DNA of 64,000 nt, from assembly GCA_013265495.1 (NCBI GenBank), contig MU057801.1, forward strand, positions 1,977,879 through 2,041,878. The letters are read 5' to 3'. How positions within the stretch are numbered: position 1 is the stretch's first letter; every line of letters starts with the position of its first letter. Origin of the DNA: Vicugna vicugna (lineage: Eukaryota). The notes below the pieces were generated by a model, which saw only the letters and a program-made list of their open reading frames with translations, had not been told where the DNA came from and did no database searches. Shown here in pieces: positions 33,591-46,005 of the stretch. Made by a program: the position numbers and the translations under genes.

Positions 33591-36500
33591 TAATGGCTGT
33601 CCTTGATTCATGCAAAATAGTTTCCGAGGATTTAGCGATCTGGATACAGCAGAAGAGCCGTGTGTGTTTCACACATTTAAACGGCTCCTCGGAAATTGAG
33701 GGGGATGGGTCTGGGACATTCGTGTCACCCCAACCAACCTGGCCTGCCAAAATCAGAGCTGTGCCCTCACCTGCTGTATTTCTGCCCCACCAAGTGACAA
33801 GGACTCCACTTGAAAAAAAAAAAAGTAATTTGGGGAAAAGCCTCTCCATGTACTATTTTACAATTAGATGGCATTATTCCAGTCCAAATAATTCTCCCTT
33901 AGATGGGTTTGCTGTAGAGAAACAAAGGGAAGACAGAAGAGATGAATTTCCAAAAATGATCTTTTTATTTCACTACGGCAGGTTTTCCCTCAAACATCTA
34001 CAAGCCCGCGTCTCGTTGTTCTTAGTGGGGAAGAATAAAGAAACCAGGGAATTTCAGACAAAGGTGCGACCTGCCGCCTCCCCGCGGACGGCGACTCCCT
34101 GAGGTCAGCAGCTGGGTCCTGTGCGGCACTGTCTCCCCAGCGTCTGGACGGACAGAGCCAAGGAGGGGCCCGCCCATCGCCGCTGCGCTGAGTCTGATGC
34201 CACCTGGATGCTGTGCCGTGGAGACAGACTTTGAGCGTGTTTCCGAAGGAAAGTGCGCCCAGAGAAATGGGGTTTAATTAGAGCAAAGAGCTTGCGACGG
34301 GGCTCGGGCCTCCTGTGTGTCAGAGGGTGGACGCTGGAGTGGGCAGGGGGCTCAGTTACGGTCGCTACAAGCAGGGTGGCCAGGGATGTCTCGTCCTCTG
34401 TCCGGGAGAGACGCGGCGGCTGTCCTGTACGGGGGGCGTGGCCGCAAGCTTGCCCTCCCGGTCCCTCCGGGCTGGTCCATCTCCTGAAGTGCCCGGGAGC
34501 GGGGGCGTGAGCTCCCGGCTCGTCTCCTCTTCAGAGAGGGGGACACTTTTCTCTCCTGACCATCTCATCAGCGTCTTATGTGCTTATGAAACGTGACCCT
34601 CGGGCATTTTTTTGCTGATGCAGCGTTAAGGGTGCTAGACAGGGAAGCTTTCCTGCCCCTTCGCAGACAGTTTGGAGCTGCCTCCGAGGTAAAAAGCTGC
34701 CAGGGAGATGCGCACACACCCTGTACCTTCGTGTTTATTTCACATGATGTGTGTGTGTGCACAGTGCACATCTTTTACATCTAACATCTGCCACCCATCT
34801 TCTGAGCTCCAGGGTTGATGAGTTTATGGTGACTAGGCTGCCATTCAAGAGTCAGCTGGACTAAAAATGACGGTTAATTCAGGATTTTTTTGTGGCCGTG
34901 AGAAATGATTTCTTCCAGCTCCTGCCGTGCAGCTTCAGGCGGCACACTTGCTGAATTAAACACACAGCCAAGGTGACTGGAATAAGTTAACTGCCTCCTC
35001 CAACCTGATTCCCAGGCGAAAGGAAATAAGGAAGCATCGTCTGACGACCTGATCAGACCCCGGGCCGGAGGCGGTGCTGACCCGGATGTGTTCTTCTGGG
35101 AGGCCGAGGCCTTCCCGTCTGTGCATTTGTGTGCACGTGCGTGAAGATGCAGAGGGAGAAGAAGAGGAAATGAGCTTCTGGAGCTGCGTTTTGTGTGTCA
35201 GTTCGGTTTTCTTTAAGGGAGCATCCTGGGGGGCCGCCCGCTGTGTGCACACATCCTCATTATAATCATTTGTTGTCCCACCGCTCCGCCTGCTGGGGTC
35301 AGGCCTGGCATGGGATGACCAAATAAACGCGGGCGTGTTCGGCAGGGGCTGGGGTGGGAGCACACGCAGTGGAGGGCCAGCCGGGCCCTGCCACCTGTCC
35401 CTCCTGGTGTGGTGTTTGCTTGGGTCTCCCCCCAGCTCTGGGGGGACCGGACATGACTGGAGAGAAAGCGAAAGCCTGGGGAAGTGCTTCGACATCGTGA
35501 CGCGTTTGGCAGTTTACCTGGTTGCTGTGTTTCTGTCGTGACCTTTGACACGTGAACATTTTCCTGCTCTCAAGCATCCGTTTTCAACTGCCCACGAACG
35601 CTGTGATTCTGCACACATTTCTTATCTTACTGTCCAGCTTCCCGTGAAAGCCTGGGAGGAGGTTTTGCTCATTCGTACGAAGGAACCATCAGCTCAACCG
35701 AGGGAGAGACAGAAAACGCTGGCTGTGGGATGTGTGAAGTGCGGCCCCCCGTCCGCGATGCTCACTTGGTTTTCAGTCGCAGCGCGTGCTGTGAGCCTCC
35801 TCATTTTCTTTAGTTGGTCTGGAAAGGCCTTTGTCAGAGAGGATTCAAACCATGAGCTGGGAAATGCGATTTCCGTGCTGGCGCCGTGGGCGCCGGAGAC
35901 TCACCTGACACAGTCTGTGTTCCCGGCTGACTCGACTCAAACACGGAAACGCCGAAGGGAGGCTCAGGGCCCCACCGAATGTCCCCACCTCGATGCCAGA
36001 GAACACGTGTAAGCGGGAGCCCCCGCTCCTGAGAACCAGACACCACACGTCACGCACCCCTGCCTTTATTCTTTATATAGAGTGCGTCTCGGCAACACAA
36101 CAATGTGCTCTTTCGACATCAGTTTAGAAAGATCACCAGAGAGAAACATCCCCAGCACTCTTGTCGCTGAAACGGCTAACGTGCGGTTTGGGTGAGCCTC
36201 CCGTTGTTCTTCCTCTGCAGTCACTGAGAAATAAAAAATTCTTAAACAAAACGTTTCCTCCTCTTTCTCCAGGGGTTTTACTTCAGGTGAGGACGGCCAC
36301 GTGAAAGCTTGAATCCTCTGCCCGACAAGCGGGATTGACTCCAGCTTTGCTTGAAGGTACAGAGTTTCAGCTGGAAAATTTAAACATTCTCCGTTTTTAT
36401 TTAATGTGATCCTTTATTCCTGGAAAAGAAACAGCAGCAGGACGGCCTCCTTCTCTGAAAATAGATGCAAACAGACATCTGTAAGTTGCTGCTTCCGACG

Positions 36501-37250
36501 TGTTTAATTTCCGTGTAAATGGATTAAGGCGGGATCCTGAAGGCGTCTTCGGCTGTGAATCCCGAAGTATGATTTTTGCAGGACTCATCCCCGAGATGTA
36601 AGTGCCTATTACTTAGAAAAGGGCTCCATGTTTCAGTCACCAGGGGTCTCGGTGTCAAACAGGATTAAGGGCTTCCTGGCTGCACTGCGATTTCCCAGGA
36701 CCAGGACGTGCCTGTGACCACCAGCAGGGGCCCCGGTGTCCCCCCCACCGCCCACACGTGGCCAAGTCATTTTACCGCCCCCAGCACATGTGGAACCACG
36801 TCAGAGAACATGCATGCTTGGGGGAAATTAACTTGCATGTGTTTCCAAACAACAGTGCAATTTTACCTCTTGGGGCATAATTCCTATTTTGCTTTTATTT
36901 TCACATTTGAATGCTTTCATAGTCCTCCTCACATCTGAAAATAAATTTGCCCAGAAGTCCTGGCAGGCCACAGCCGGGTCAGCCCCACACCTGCGCCTGT
37001 GATCACTGCGGCTGCAGTCAGGAACCTCCAACGGCCAATGCCTGGGCCTGGGAGTCTGACCCGGGGGAGAGTCTCAACTTAACTGCAAATCAGCTCTTTC
37101 ACGGAAGAAACTTCCCCTTGGAAGTTGTCATCAAATCGCTTGCCTGCCATTCTGAGTGTCTGAATGCAGTGTGTTATTCATCAGAGGTTGCTCTTAGGCT
37201 TTGAACAGAGATGGAAGCAAAGCAGTCTCTTTAAAATACGACCGTGCTGT

Positions 37251-37425
37251 GGGGAGGGTAGAGCTCGGTGGCAGAGCACGTGCTTAGCACGCACCAGGTC
37301 CTGGGTTCAATCCCTGGTACGCCATTAAAATAAATAAAAAATTGGCAAATAAATAAATAAATTTTAAAAACCCAATTACCCCCAAAATATTTTTAAATAA
37401 GTAAAAAAAAAATTAAAGAAAATAT
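37251..37425 (+). mobile_element. tRNA-derived camelid SINE (Vic-1-like)
   Basis: GGGGAGGGTAGAGCTCGGTGGCAGAGCACGTGCTTAGCACGCACCAGGTCCTGGGTTCAATCCCTGGTAC followed by an A-rich tail containing CCAATTACCCCC. Confidence 0.9.
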
Positions 37426-38049
37426 ATAACCACGTGTGACTTTTCAAAGTAACAGCCACCGCCCCAGAGGGAGCGCAGAAGCAGCTGGTGGCAGCATCCT
37501 TGGGGTTGCGGGGAGGACCAGAGGGAACAGCACGCGGGCACAGGGCAGACCAGAAGGCAGGACTTGGAACAGCGCAGTGTGCGCGGCTGTCGAGGTGCTG
37601 GCAGAGTTGAGACACTTGCCTGCAATCAGTGCACCGTGCCTGCAGACATCGCAGTCACGAGCCTGGGAAACACGCCTCAGTGAAGATTAACTGGGAATAA
37701 CCTGTAAGCAAAGTGACTGTGTGGTTTATGAAAAAATATGGAAAGACTGAAAAACAAAGTAAATAGCGTGCATCTGCTGGCTGTTTGCTGTGATGGCCGT
37801 CATCTCCCGGGCCGGGCACCACGGCCTCGCACATTTAGCTAGGTAAACAAGATGCACAGGGCCCGAAGACGGCTCCGGCAGCGACGGCCGGCACTGTGAC
37901 TCGCGAGGTGACCGCCGCGGGCTCTGATTTTACCTTTAAGCGCTGGCTGATTGTTTCTGAACAGTTTTTGAAACAGCTCACAGACATTTCATCTCAACGG
38001 GTGGGTTTCGGTCCCAGAGCATTTTCTGGCAAAACTGTTACATACACAC

Positions 38050-38510
38050 TCTGCCTCCCTCATGCACAGCGTCTTAAGTCAGTCCCAGGAGCAGAGCCCC
38101 GAGACGGTGGGGTGTCCGGGGTTCACAGTGGAAGGGCTCTCGGGAGGAGGGGGGACACTGACTAAGGAAGGGAAGGGGCAGGCAAAGGTGTGCTCTCAGG
38201 CAAGGTCTAAGACGAAGAATAAAGCAACCTAAGAGATGGAGAACATTGGGGTTAGGACCTCCCCGAGGAGGTGACATACCAGCAGGAACCAGATGACAGG
38301 AATATCTGGGCAGAGAGCATTCTAGACAGAGGGGGCAGCTGATGCAAAGGCCCTGAGGTGAGTGCATGCGTGGCATACCCAGGGAGCAGCAAGGAGACCT
38401 GTGGGGCTGGAAGAGAGGGAATCGAGAAGAGTGAGGGGAGACGAGACAGAGAGCAGGGTCTGGTGGGCCGTGGTAGGACTGGGGCCCCATCCCGTGTCCT
38501 GGAGGGCACA
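38050..38510 (-). mobile_element. L2 LINE relic
   Basis: GAGGAGGTGACAT...GGGCAGAGAGCATTCTAGACAGAGGGGGCAGCTGATGCAAAGGCCCTGAGGTG...AGCAAGGAGACCTGTGGGGCTGGA is typical antisense L2. Confidence 0.75.
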
Positions 38511-38561
38511 CCATCACTGGTGTGGCTCTTGACTTCTCCAAGTCCCAGTCTTGTCATCTGT

Positions 38562-39034
38562 AAAATAAGAATAAAATACTGCCATTTGCAGCAACATGGG
38601 TGGACCTGGAGATCGTCACTCTAAGTGAAGTGGGCCAGACAGAGAAAGACAAATGCCATATAATTCTCTCATATGTGGACTCAAAAAAAACAAAGAAAAA
38701 AGAAAGAAAAAAGAGGACACTAACGAACTCATCTACAAAACAGAAGCAGACTCGCAGACATAGTTAGCAATCTCATGGTTCCTGGGGAAAGGGGGTGGGA
38801 AGGAAGAAACCGGGGAGTTTGAGATTTGCAAATATTGACTAGCACATATGAAAATAGATAAAGACCAAACTTCTCCTGTGCAGCACAGGGAACCATACTC
38901 AGTATCTTGTAATCACCTTTCATGAAAAAGAATATGAAAATGAGCATGTGTGTGTATATGCAGGACTGGGACGTGGTGCTGTAACCAGAAGTTGACACAT
39001 TGTAACTGACTGCACTTCAATTAAAAACAAAAAA
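38562..39034 (+). mobile_element. 5'-truncated L1 (ORF2 end and 3'UTR)
   Basis: ATACTGCCATTTGCAGCAACATGGGTGGACCTGGAGATCGTCACTCTAAGTGAAG...GACACATTGTAACTGACTGCACTTCAATTAAAAA is homologous to 26520-26950. Confidence 0.9.
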
Positions 39035-39744
39035 GGTAGAGGACCAGATGGCCCCCTGAGCCCGAGAGTCCTGGGACTCTAAAATGATGCTCCTGGCCTT
39101 TCCCACCTCATCTCCTCACCCATCTGATGAGGACTGGCTGCTGTGAAGTTGGAAGAACAATTACTAGGCCCTGTGGAGCCCCCCCCAACAAGAAGACCGA
39201 TGACATTGTAGATGGAGGGGACAGTTTTCAGGAGGGCAGGGCCCCGGGGGGCCGGGTGTCCGGGGGCCGCTCTCGAGCCCCAGGCGGCTTCCCTCCTGCG
39301 TCCAGGCTCCCAGGCGATGGTTTGGTTTCAAGGCTCTGGGGTAGCAGGAAGGTAAGCAAAGGCAGAGGGCATGTGGGGCACCACGCCCAGGATGAAGGGT
39401 CTCGTGAAAAGAATGGAAGAAACTGATTATCGATCTTCCGAGAGTGTGAGAGGAGTGAACCCACGGGAGGAGTGAGTCGCTGGGCCCCGCGCGCTGCGCA
39501 CTGGGGGGGCCTTTAAGAGGAGAGAAGGAACACGGCTCACAGAACCCCCAGCTCTTGGTGTGCGATTGCCGCTGAGGGTCAGGAGCACAGTCACCATCAC
39601 CCAGGTCACATCTCCACACGTCGCGTGTGCCCCGCAGCACTGGTCTGTCAACACCGCCGGGGGCGATTGCCTTCATAGAAATGAGGCAGAAGGAAAAGTG
39701 TTACTGTAAAAAATGCGTGTGCTGCCCTCGACGCTCACCTTCGT

Positions 39745-40118
39745 GCTTACCTCTCTGGTGCTTTGTCCACTCGTTGTTCATTCATGGGGATTTGATTTGT
39801 GTATTTTTATAGCAGCCATAAGGATTCTAGCATTTCTTGGAGAGCTAGAAACAAACTGAGTTTTTGTTTATCTAGGGATGTACTAATTTATCACTTCTTT
39901 TCAAAAGATAGTTACGCTGGATATAGAATTCTCAGTTGACAGTTCTTTTCCCTCTCACTGCGTTGAATAACTCATCACACACGTTTCTGATGACAAATAA
40001 GCTGTAAATCTCACGAGGATCCCTTTTACACGGCGGATTACTTCTCTTTCGGCTTCAAGGCTCTCTCTTTGGATTTTGGCTGTAAAATGATGTGTCTGGG
40101 TGTAGGTCTCTTTAAATG
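39745..40118 (-). mobile_element. Ancient L1M fragment from the 5'/ORF1 region
   Basis: AAGATAGTTACGCTGGATATAGAATTCTCAGTTGACAG...TTTCTGATGACAAATAAGCTGT...ATGATGTGTCTGGGTGTAGGTCTCTTT. Confidence 0.7.
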
Positions 40119-40559
40119 TGATAGATTCATTCGTCCCAATAAAATTCTATTGTAATTCACTGTAACTTATTTAAACAGTGTAAGAATCCTCAGTTCCTCG
40201 GTGTCTTCCTTCACATAGGCATCCTGTTGTCTGACTTTGCTAGACCACAGCGAGCAGGCAGGGGAAACAGGTTTTAAGAGAAGAACCGGGAGCAGAAAGT
40301 CACAGCTCGGGCAAAGCCGCCCACGTCCGTCCTGCCTCCCTGGAGTGGAGGCAGCAGTGAGCAGGTGCGTCTCGGACGTACAGCACATGTCAGAAAGATG
40401 GGGTTCAGTTGGACCCACGCCTGGATGCGTTATGAACTTTTCCTGGTCCCCTGTGCCTTCCTTTGATGCTAGAGATTTAGGTCAGTGTTTCCCAAACCTT
40501 TTCTAAGTTCCTTTCTGCAAGGAGGTTTTGTGGGAGGAGATGGAAATCTGAAGCAGATC

Positions 40560-40962
40560 TTTTTTTTTTTTAATTGAAATGCCATCAGTTACAATGTATC
40601 AGTTTCTGGGGTGCAGCACACTGTCCCAGGCATGCACATACATATGTACATTCATTTTCATATTCTTTTCCATTAAAGGTTATTACAAGATATTGAACAT
40701 AGTTCCTTGTGCTCTACAGCAGAGACTTTTTAAAATCTATTTTTGTATGTAGTGGGCAACATTTGTAAATCTCAAATTGTCAAACTTGCCCCTTCCCACC
40801 CCCTTTCCCCGGTAACCATGAGATTGTTTCCTGTCTGCGGGTCTGTTTCTGTGTTGTGGATGGGTTCACAGTGCCCTTTTCTTTTCCTTTTTCTCTTGTT
40901 TAGATTCTACACCCGAGCGATCTCATATGGCCTGTTTGTCTCTGTCTGGCTGACCTCGCTGC
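40560..40962 (-). mobile_element. 5'-truncated L1 3'UTR
   Basis: PolyT then AATTGAAATGCCATCAGTTACAATG...GGTTATTACAAGATATTGAACATAGTTCCTTGTGCT...GTCTGGCTGACCTCGCT, a reverse-complement homolog of 38.6-39.0 kb. Confidence 0.88.
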
Positions 40963-41647
40963 GCGGCCTTGCTTTACACGTTCTTATGGCCGAGCGAGGC
41001 AGCTCTCCTTGGAGCTCAGCACTTCCTGAGGCTTCGCTCGCGAGGTGCTGAATCGGACGGACCCTGGAGTCCCGTTTCCCTCTGCTGGGCTTGTCTTCGC
41101 TAACTGTGTGACCCTGGAGGGCCAGAGGGCACTCAGGTTTGAGAAGCAAGAACCTGGATGTTTTTGCTGGGTCAAAATTCTTCAGTTTTGGTTCGGAATA
41201 TTTGGGTGCTTCAGAGACACACACTCTCCCCCTTTGCAGAGACGGCGCCGGCTTTCCTCCCAGTGAGGCTCGCCGCCGGCGCAGGCGGGAGACGCGAGCC
41301 GGTGCGCAGCCAGTCTGGCCCCGGTGCCCAGGGGCGAAGGCACATTATCAAGCCTGATTTGAACATTTCTCCTGTTTCACAGACTGTAAAATAGATGGGA
41401 GGTTGTCACTGAATCAGTGATTCATTTTACACAGAATGACCGGCCAGTGAAATCCCGTGTAACAAATACCAACAAGGCAGCATTTCTCCAAGCCAGCGTC
41501 AAAGACCCGGGGCAGCGTGACCTGGTCAGTGAAGGACGGCTTTCCTGGCCGGGTACGTTTGCAAAGCGCTGCGTTCTCGGGGGCCCTTGGAAATCTCTCT
41601 CTCTCTCTGTCTCTCTGAAGAATCGGGCAGAAAATCTAGAAAAATAG

Positions 41648-42030
41648 TGTCTGGGTCTGGTTCCTCGAGAAGCAGACCAAGAAATAAGGTTTCAAGTGGC
41701 CGCGGGGAGGGGGTGCCGGAAAGCACTGTTGGCGGGGCTGTGAGGCAGGAGGGAGGAGCCACAGGCCAGGCATGATGGACAGAGGGGAGGTCTGGCTGGG
41801 ACCCCAGGGGACAGCAGGGGTGACCTCAGTGGTGGAGGAAGGCGTGCTGGTCGTCCTCCCTCCAATCCGACACTGACTGCGACGCCCCCGGGGCGCGACT
41901 CTCCGGCTCTTCCCGCCTGGGCTACGCGAGCAGAGGGACTGCCCGGCGCTGGGCTGCAGACCCTGCAGAGGAGGCTGCGGGTGCGCCGAGCAAGCGGGTA
42001 CTGCGGGGATGCGGGCTGGGGGCGGTCACT
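41648..42030 (-). mobile_element. LTR33-like ERVL solo LTR relic
   Basis: It starts TGTCTGGGTCTGGTTCCTCGAGAAGCAGACCAAGAAATAAGGTTTCAAGTG, resembling the recalled LTR33 terminus. Confidence 0.6.
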
Positions 42031-42374
42031 GTCTCCGGCACCCTCGGGATCTCTCCAGCTTGACTGTGCCGTGCCCGTTCCCTCTCACTCCCCTGGGCAT
42101 TTTTTCCTTTTTCTTTTCCTGTAACAGTTCCTAACCTCACACTGAACCCATGTTTTGTAGATGCTCGCGAATTCTTTGCGTTGGCTTATCCTTTGTCCTC
42201 TTTTCAATCTCTCCAGACCTCTATCGCAGCCAGGAGATGGGGCATCCATAAGACTTGCTTTCAGAGAAGAACATCTGATGGGCAAGAATAAACGTCTAAA
42301 TTCTGGTAGCTGTTGCCCTGCCCTGAACCCAGGGGGAAGGGCTCTCCCTAGAAAAGGTCTCAGGCCCTGCTGGC

Positions 42375-42760
42375 CCCATTGCTGTGCTCGTGTGACAAGC
42401 CACCCCAACGCTTAGCGGCTCAAACAGTGAAACAGACGAAGCCCATGGAGCCTGCGGGCCTGGGGTTCAGACGGCGCCGTGGAGGTGGTTCGTCTGCTCT
42501 GTGACATCAGGGGACTGGAAGGCAGGTGGGAGCCTCGTTCACACATGGTGCTCGGACACCGGCCTGCACACGGCAGGGGCTTCTCTGCCTGCCCGTCTCC
42601 TGGGGCCCCACCAGCACGACGGCCTCAAGGTGGGCAGGGCTCTTACCTGGAGGCTCAGGGCTCCCAAGGTGCAGGTCCCCAGAGAAAAAGCCAGTGGAAG
42701 CATGTCACCTGCTGTGACCTTGCTGCAGATGGGTGGGTTCACAGGTGCGCTTGGTGTGGA
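42375..42760 (-). mobile_element. MaLR MLT1 (F/G/H-like) LTR relic
   Basis: GTGACAAGCCACCCCAACGCTTAGCGGCTCAAACA...CACGACGGCCTCAAGGT...TCTTACCTGGAGGCTCAGGGCTCC. Confidence 0.7.
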
Positions 42761-43370
42761 AGGAGGAGCCAGCCCCGCCGCTCACAGAGAAGAGGCGTCG
42801 GTGCAACCGAAGAGCCGCGTGGGGATGACAGAGGCCGGGGCACCGCCACCTCCCGCTCGGCCTGGGAGTAAGTCTCAGTGGGTGGCAAGACACCCCTTTC
42901 TCTGGTGCTTCGGGGAAGGTTCCCATGTCCCCATCTTCCTGCCACGCTGGGTTCTGTGCACGACACGACGGGAAGGCTCCTTCCCTTCTGCTGGGGCCCA
43001 GAGGTGCCCCTCCCCTGCTTTCTCTGCCACACCTGCTCTGACACTGCCTCCGGGGGGTGGTCGGTGACGTGTTTGAAATAAGTGAGGACCGTGCCTCACG
43101 CTTTAACATCGTGTTAGGAGGGAGGGGGCAAGAAGCAGCCGAAATGCTGGCTTCATGGGCGCCGTCAGCTTTCCCTGGTCGTCCATCACCCTGACACCCA
43201 CTGTCAGCTGCTAGCCTGACCCCTCCTTGATGGCCAGAGGGTCCAAATGCCACGGCCAACACACAGGTGGCGAGAGGACCAGCGGGCCGGTTTCCTGCAG
43301 AGGGTCCCAGCTTTCCCATGACGATCCCCCCTTCTCAGGAGTCTGGGGAGGTAGATAGAGCCCCATGGAG

Positions 43371-43497
43371 ATTTTTTTAAATTAATTTTTATTTTTCAGG
43401 AGTAATTATGCTAATTTATGTATTATTTTTTAATGAGAGGTTGAACCCAGGACCTCATGCAAGCTAAGCATGTGCTGTCTCTGAGCTACACCCTCTT
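43371..43497 (-). mobile_element. tRNA-derived camelid SINE (Vic-1-like) with target-site duplication
   Basis: TTGAACCCAGGACCTCATGCAAGCTAAGCATGTGCTGTCTCTGAGCTACACCCTC is the antisense SINE head. CCCATGGAG is duplicated at 43362-43370 and 43501-43509. Confidence 0.88.
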
Positions 43498-44519
43498 GCT
43501 CCCATGGAGCTTTACTTAAGAGCCTGGCCCTCTGATCTCCAACGAGTGGTCCAGAGATGGTGAGGCTGGCTCATCCCTCCCGACGCCCCTCCACGCGGGG
43601 ATGAAAACGCCCAACCTGTGGGACCGACACCTGCCCGGCCCCCACGGCCACGCAGCATGGGGTCCGAACCACTCAGCTCAAGCTCAGGAACCGGGTTTCA
43701 TCCTGACGCTCGGCTCAGACCGCAGGTTCGTCCCCCCGGAGCGGAGGCCACCTGCAATGCCCAGGTGTCCCAGTGCCCCCGGGACGTGGGGAAAGGCCAC
43801 TCTTTCAGGGCGGGTGGGGCGCGGCCTGGGAGCAGCTGTTGGACATCTGGATGCCCTCAGTGTGCTTCAGCGGAAGGCCTCCTCTGGCCCTGCCACCAAC
43901 TGCTGCTATTTTAAGACCGACAGAGTTTTACGAGACTCCAGAGTGCACAGTTTTAGATTAAGTAAGCTCCAGCATGAGGAATTCAATGCCATGTTTTCAA
44001 GAGGCTCCCTCCACGAGGCGCGTACGTTCTGGAACAAGGAAGCCACAGATTCCAGCAGCACTGACCTGCATGACACTCCCTCTGAAAGCTTCTCCCTGGT
44101 GAGCTCTGGAAAATATTTGCTGCTGCCCACGCCCCGGGGGACAGCAAACATCCCGCCGGGCCTGGTGTGACGATGGGGGGGGGGGCGGCACGGCTGCGGC
44201 CTTGCCCGCGGCTGTCGCAGGGTGTTTACCTGGGGCTGGATCCCAAGGCCGTGGGGCCCGGCCGGCCTCGAGGGCGGAGGAAAATGCCTGCAGCTATTTT
44301 AAAACCGGGGGCGGAACAGCGTGTCCAAGGCCCGCCGTTCACAGGGATAGCGGGCTCTCTCTGGTAGGGGACACTCTCCAAACAAGCCCGCGACACGTCA
44401 GGCGCTGCTTTCAGACTGGAAAGAGGAAGAGAGGGTCTCCCGGGGGCCCACGGCGTGGGGGGGGCGTGCACAGTCCTGGGGGCGGGCAGGGGGCTGCAGA
44501 GAGAGCCTGACAGCCTGCG

Positions 44520-44782
44520 TGGGGCACACCCATGCGCACGTGTGCACACGCATGAACGTGCGTGCACGTGCTCACATCCACGCACTCGCAGTCACGTGCA
44601 CCTTACACCCACCCTCACACACGCACACACAAATGTGAACACGGGTAAACACGGACACACACGCAAATACACACACTCACACAGACACTAACATGGTCAC
44701 ACAGCCCACACACTCGTGACACACCCCCAGCACACTCATGCACACGCGCGCGCACACACACTACCCCTCACACTCAGACACT
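44520..44782 (+). repeat. Degenerate (CA)/(CG)-rich low-complexity tract
   Basis: About 260 bp dominated by CACA/GCAC units. Confidence 0.8.
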
Positions 44783-45667
44783 CCAGCGCAGGGTCTTGGG
44801 GTCTCTGAGCCTTTCCAGGAGGTGTGGAGACGTTTGGCGTCCCTGCTGCAGACGCAGCCCCGGCGCCCAGGTGGCCAGGGGCTCGTGTGCCCGTGGACGC
44901 TGAGGGGGGTTTGGATGGAAACGGATTTCTGCTTGCTCCCCGCTCCCCGCTCTGTGTGGCGACCTCGGCTTGTGCGGTGTCTTTGAGGCTGGGGGCTGCG
45001 GGCGGACTTTCCTTGGTCGGTTGAACCTCCATGGCCAGGTTCATCGGCTCCAGAAGTTCACGAGCGATTTGCCTTTTCCTGTTTGACTACCTGTATTTTG
45101 TCAGCTGAAGTCTGTCCTATGCAAACCGGCCACCTCGCTCCGGCCTCCCCCCCTTCCCAGGCGCTCCCACGCGGCGCCTGCAAAGGACGGAGGCTGAAGT
45201 CCCCGTGCGGTCCGGGCGCCCGTTCCTTCACCTCGAGGCAGCTTGGAAAGGGCAAGTCTCCCAGATGCACAGGAGCCCGGCTGCAGGGCGCTTTGGACAC
45301 AGATAGAGAGTCAGGGCCCTTTCCCCGCATTATCTGGAAAACAAATGCTTTTTTGGTCATTTCAGTTATTGGTCCCGCACAGAATACTGCAGTAATTTTT
45401 GTTTAAATTAAAAAGCGTCAACACCTCTTCTTCCACCAGGGCCATCATCTTGATGTTCTCGTGGTTCCTTTCAGCCTTATTTATATGAACATGTAATGAA
45501 GTAGATGGAGTTTTACAAACAGTCTGCGTTGAAGTTCTTCTCTGAATCCCTGGGTCCTGGCCTTATTCTCTGGGATCGCCAGCGTCCTTCTGTGTGGACA
45601 CCGATGCCCTGGGTCAGGTGGGAAAACCCAGGTGACTGGAAAGGAGGCTCGTACAAGAATCAGCCTT

Positions 45668-46005
45668 GCGTTCACATGCGATAAAATGCACTCACGTCTT
45701 GGTCGTCTTTCGGTGCACAGTGTAGCGGCATTTGGTGGATTCACATTATTGTACAACCGTCACCGCCATCCATTTCTGGAAGCTTTTCAGGTTGAAAAAC
45801 TAAAACTCCGTCTGCATTGAGCGCTAAGCCCCCATCCGTCCCTCCCCCAGCTCCCGGCACCACGATTCCACCTTGTCTCCTCGCACCGGGCTAGCCTGCG
45901 GCCCTCCGCACGCAGGCCTCTGTGACCGGCTTACTTCGCCCGGCAGCGCGTCCTCCAGCCTCATCTACGTGGTGACAAGCGTCAGAACGTCTTCACCTTT
46001 TGTCT
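45668..46005 (-). mobile_element. L1MB-like 3'UTR relic, strongly GC-drifted
   Basis: ATTCACATTATTGTACAACCGTCACCGCCATCCAT...CCTCCCCCAGCTCCCGGCACCAC...TGTGACCGGCTTACTTCGC. Confidence 0.8.

Noticed and set aside
37251..37322. tRNA gene (A and B boxes present; likewise 13.8, 19.1 and 43.4 kb)
   Set aside because: Diverged stems with SINE tails, and a target-site duplication on one copy, show these are SINE heads.
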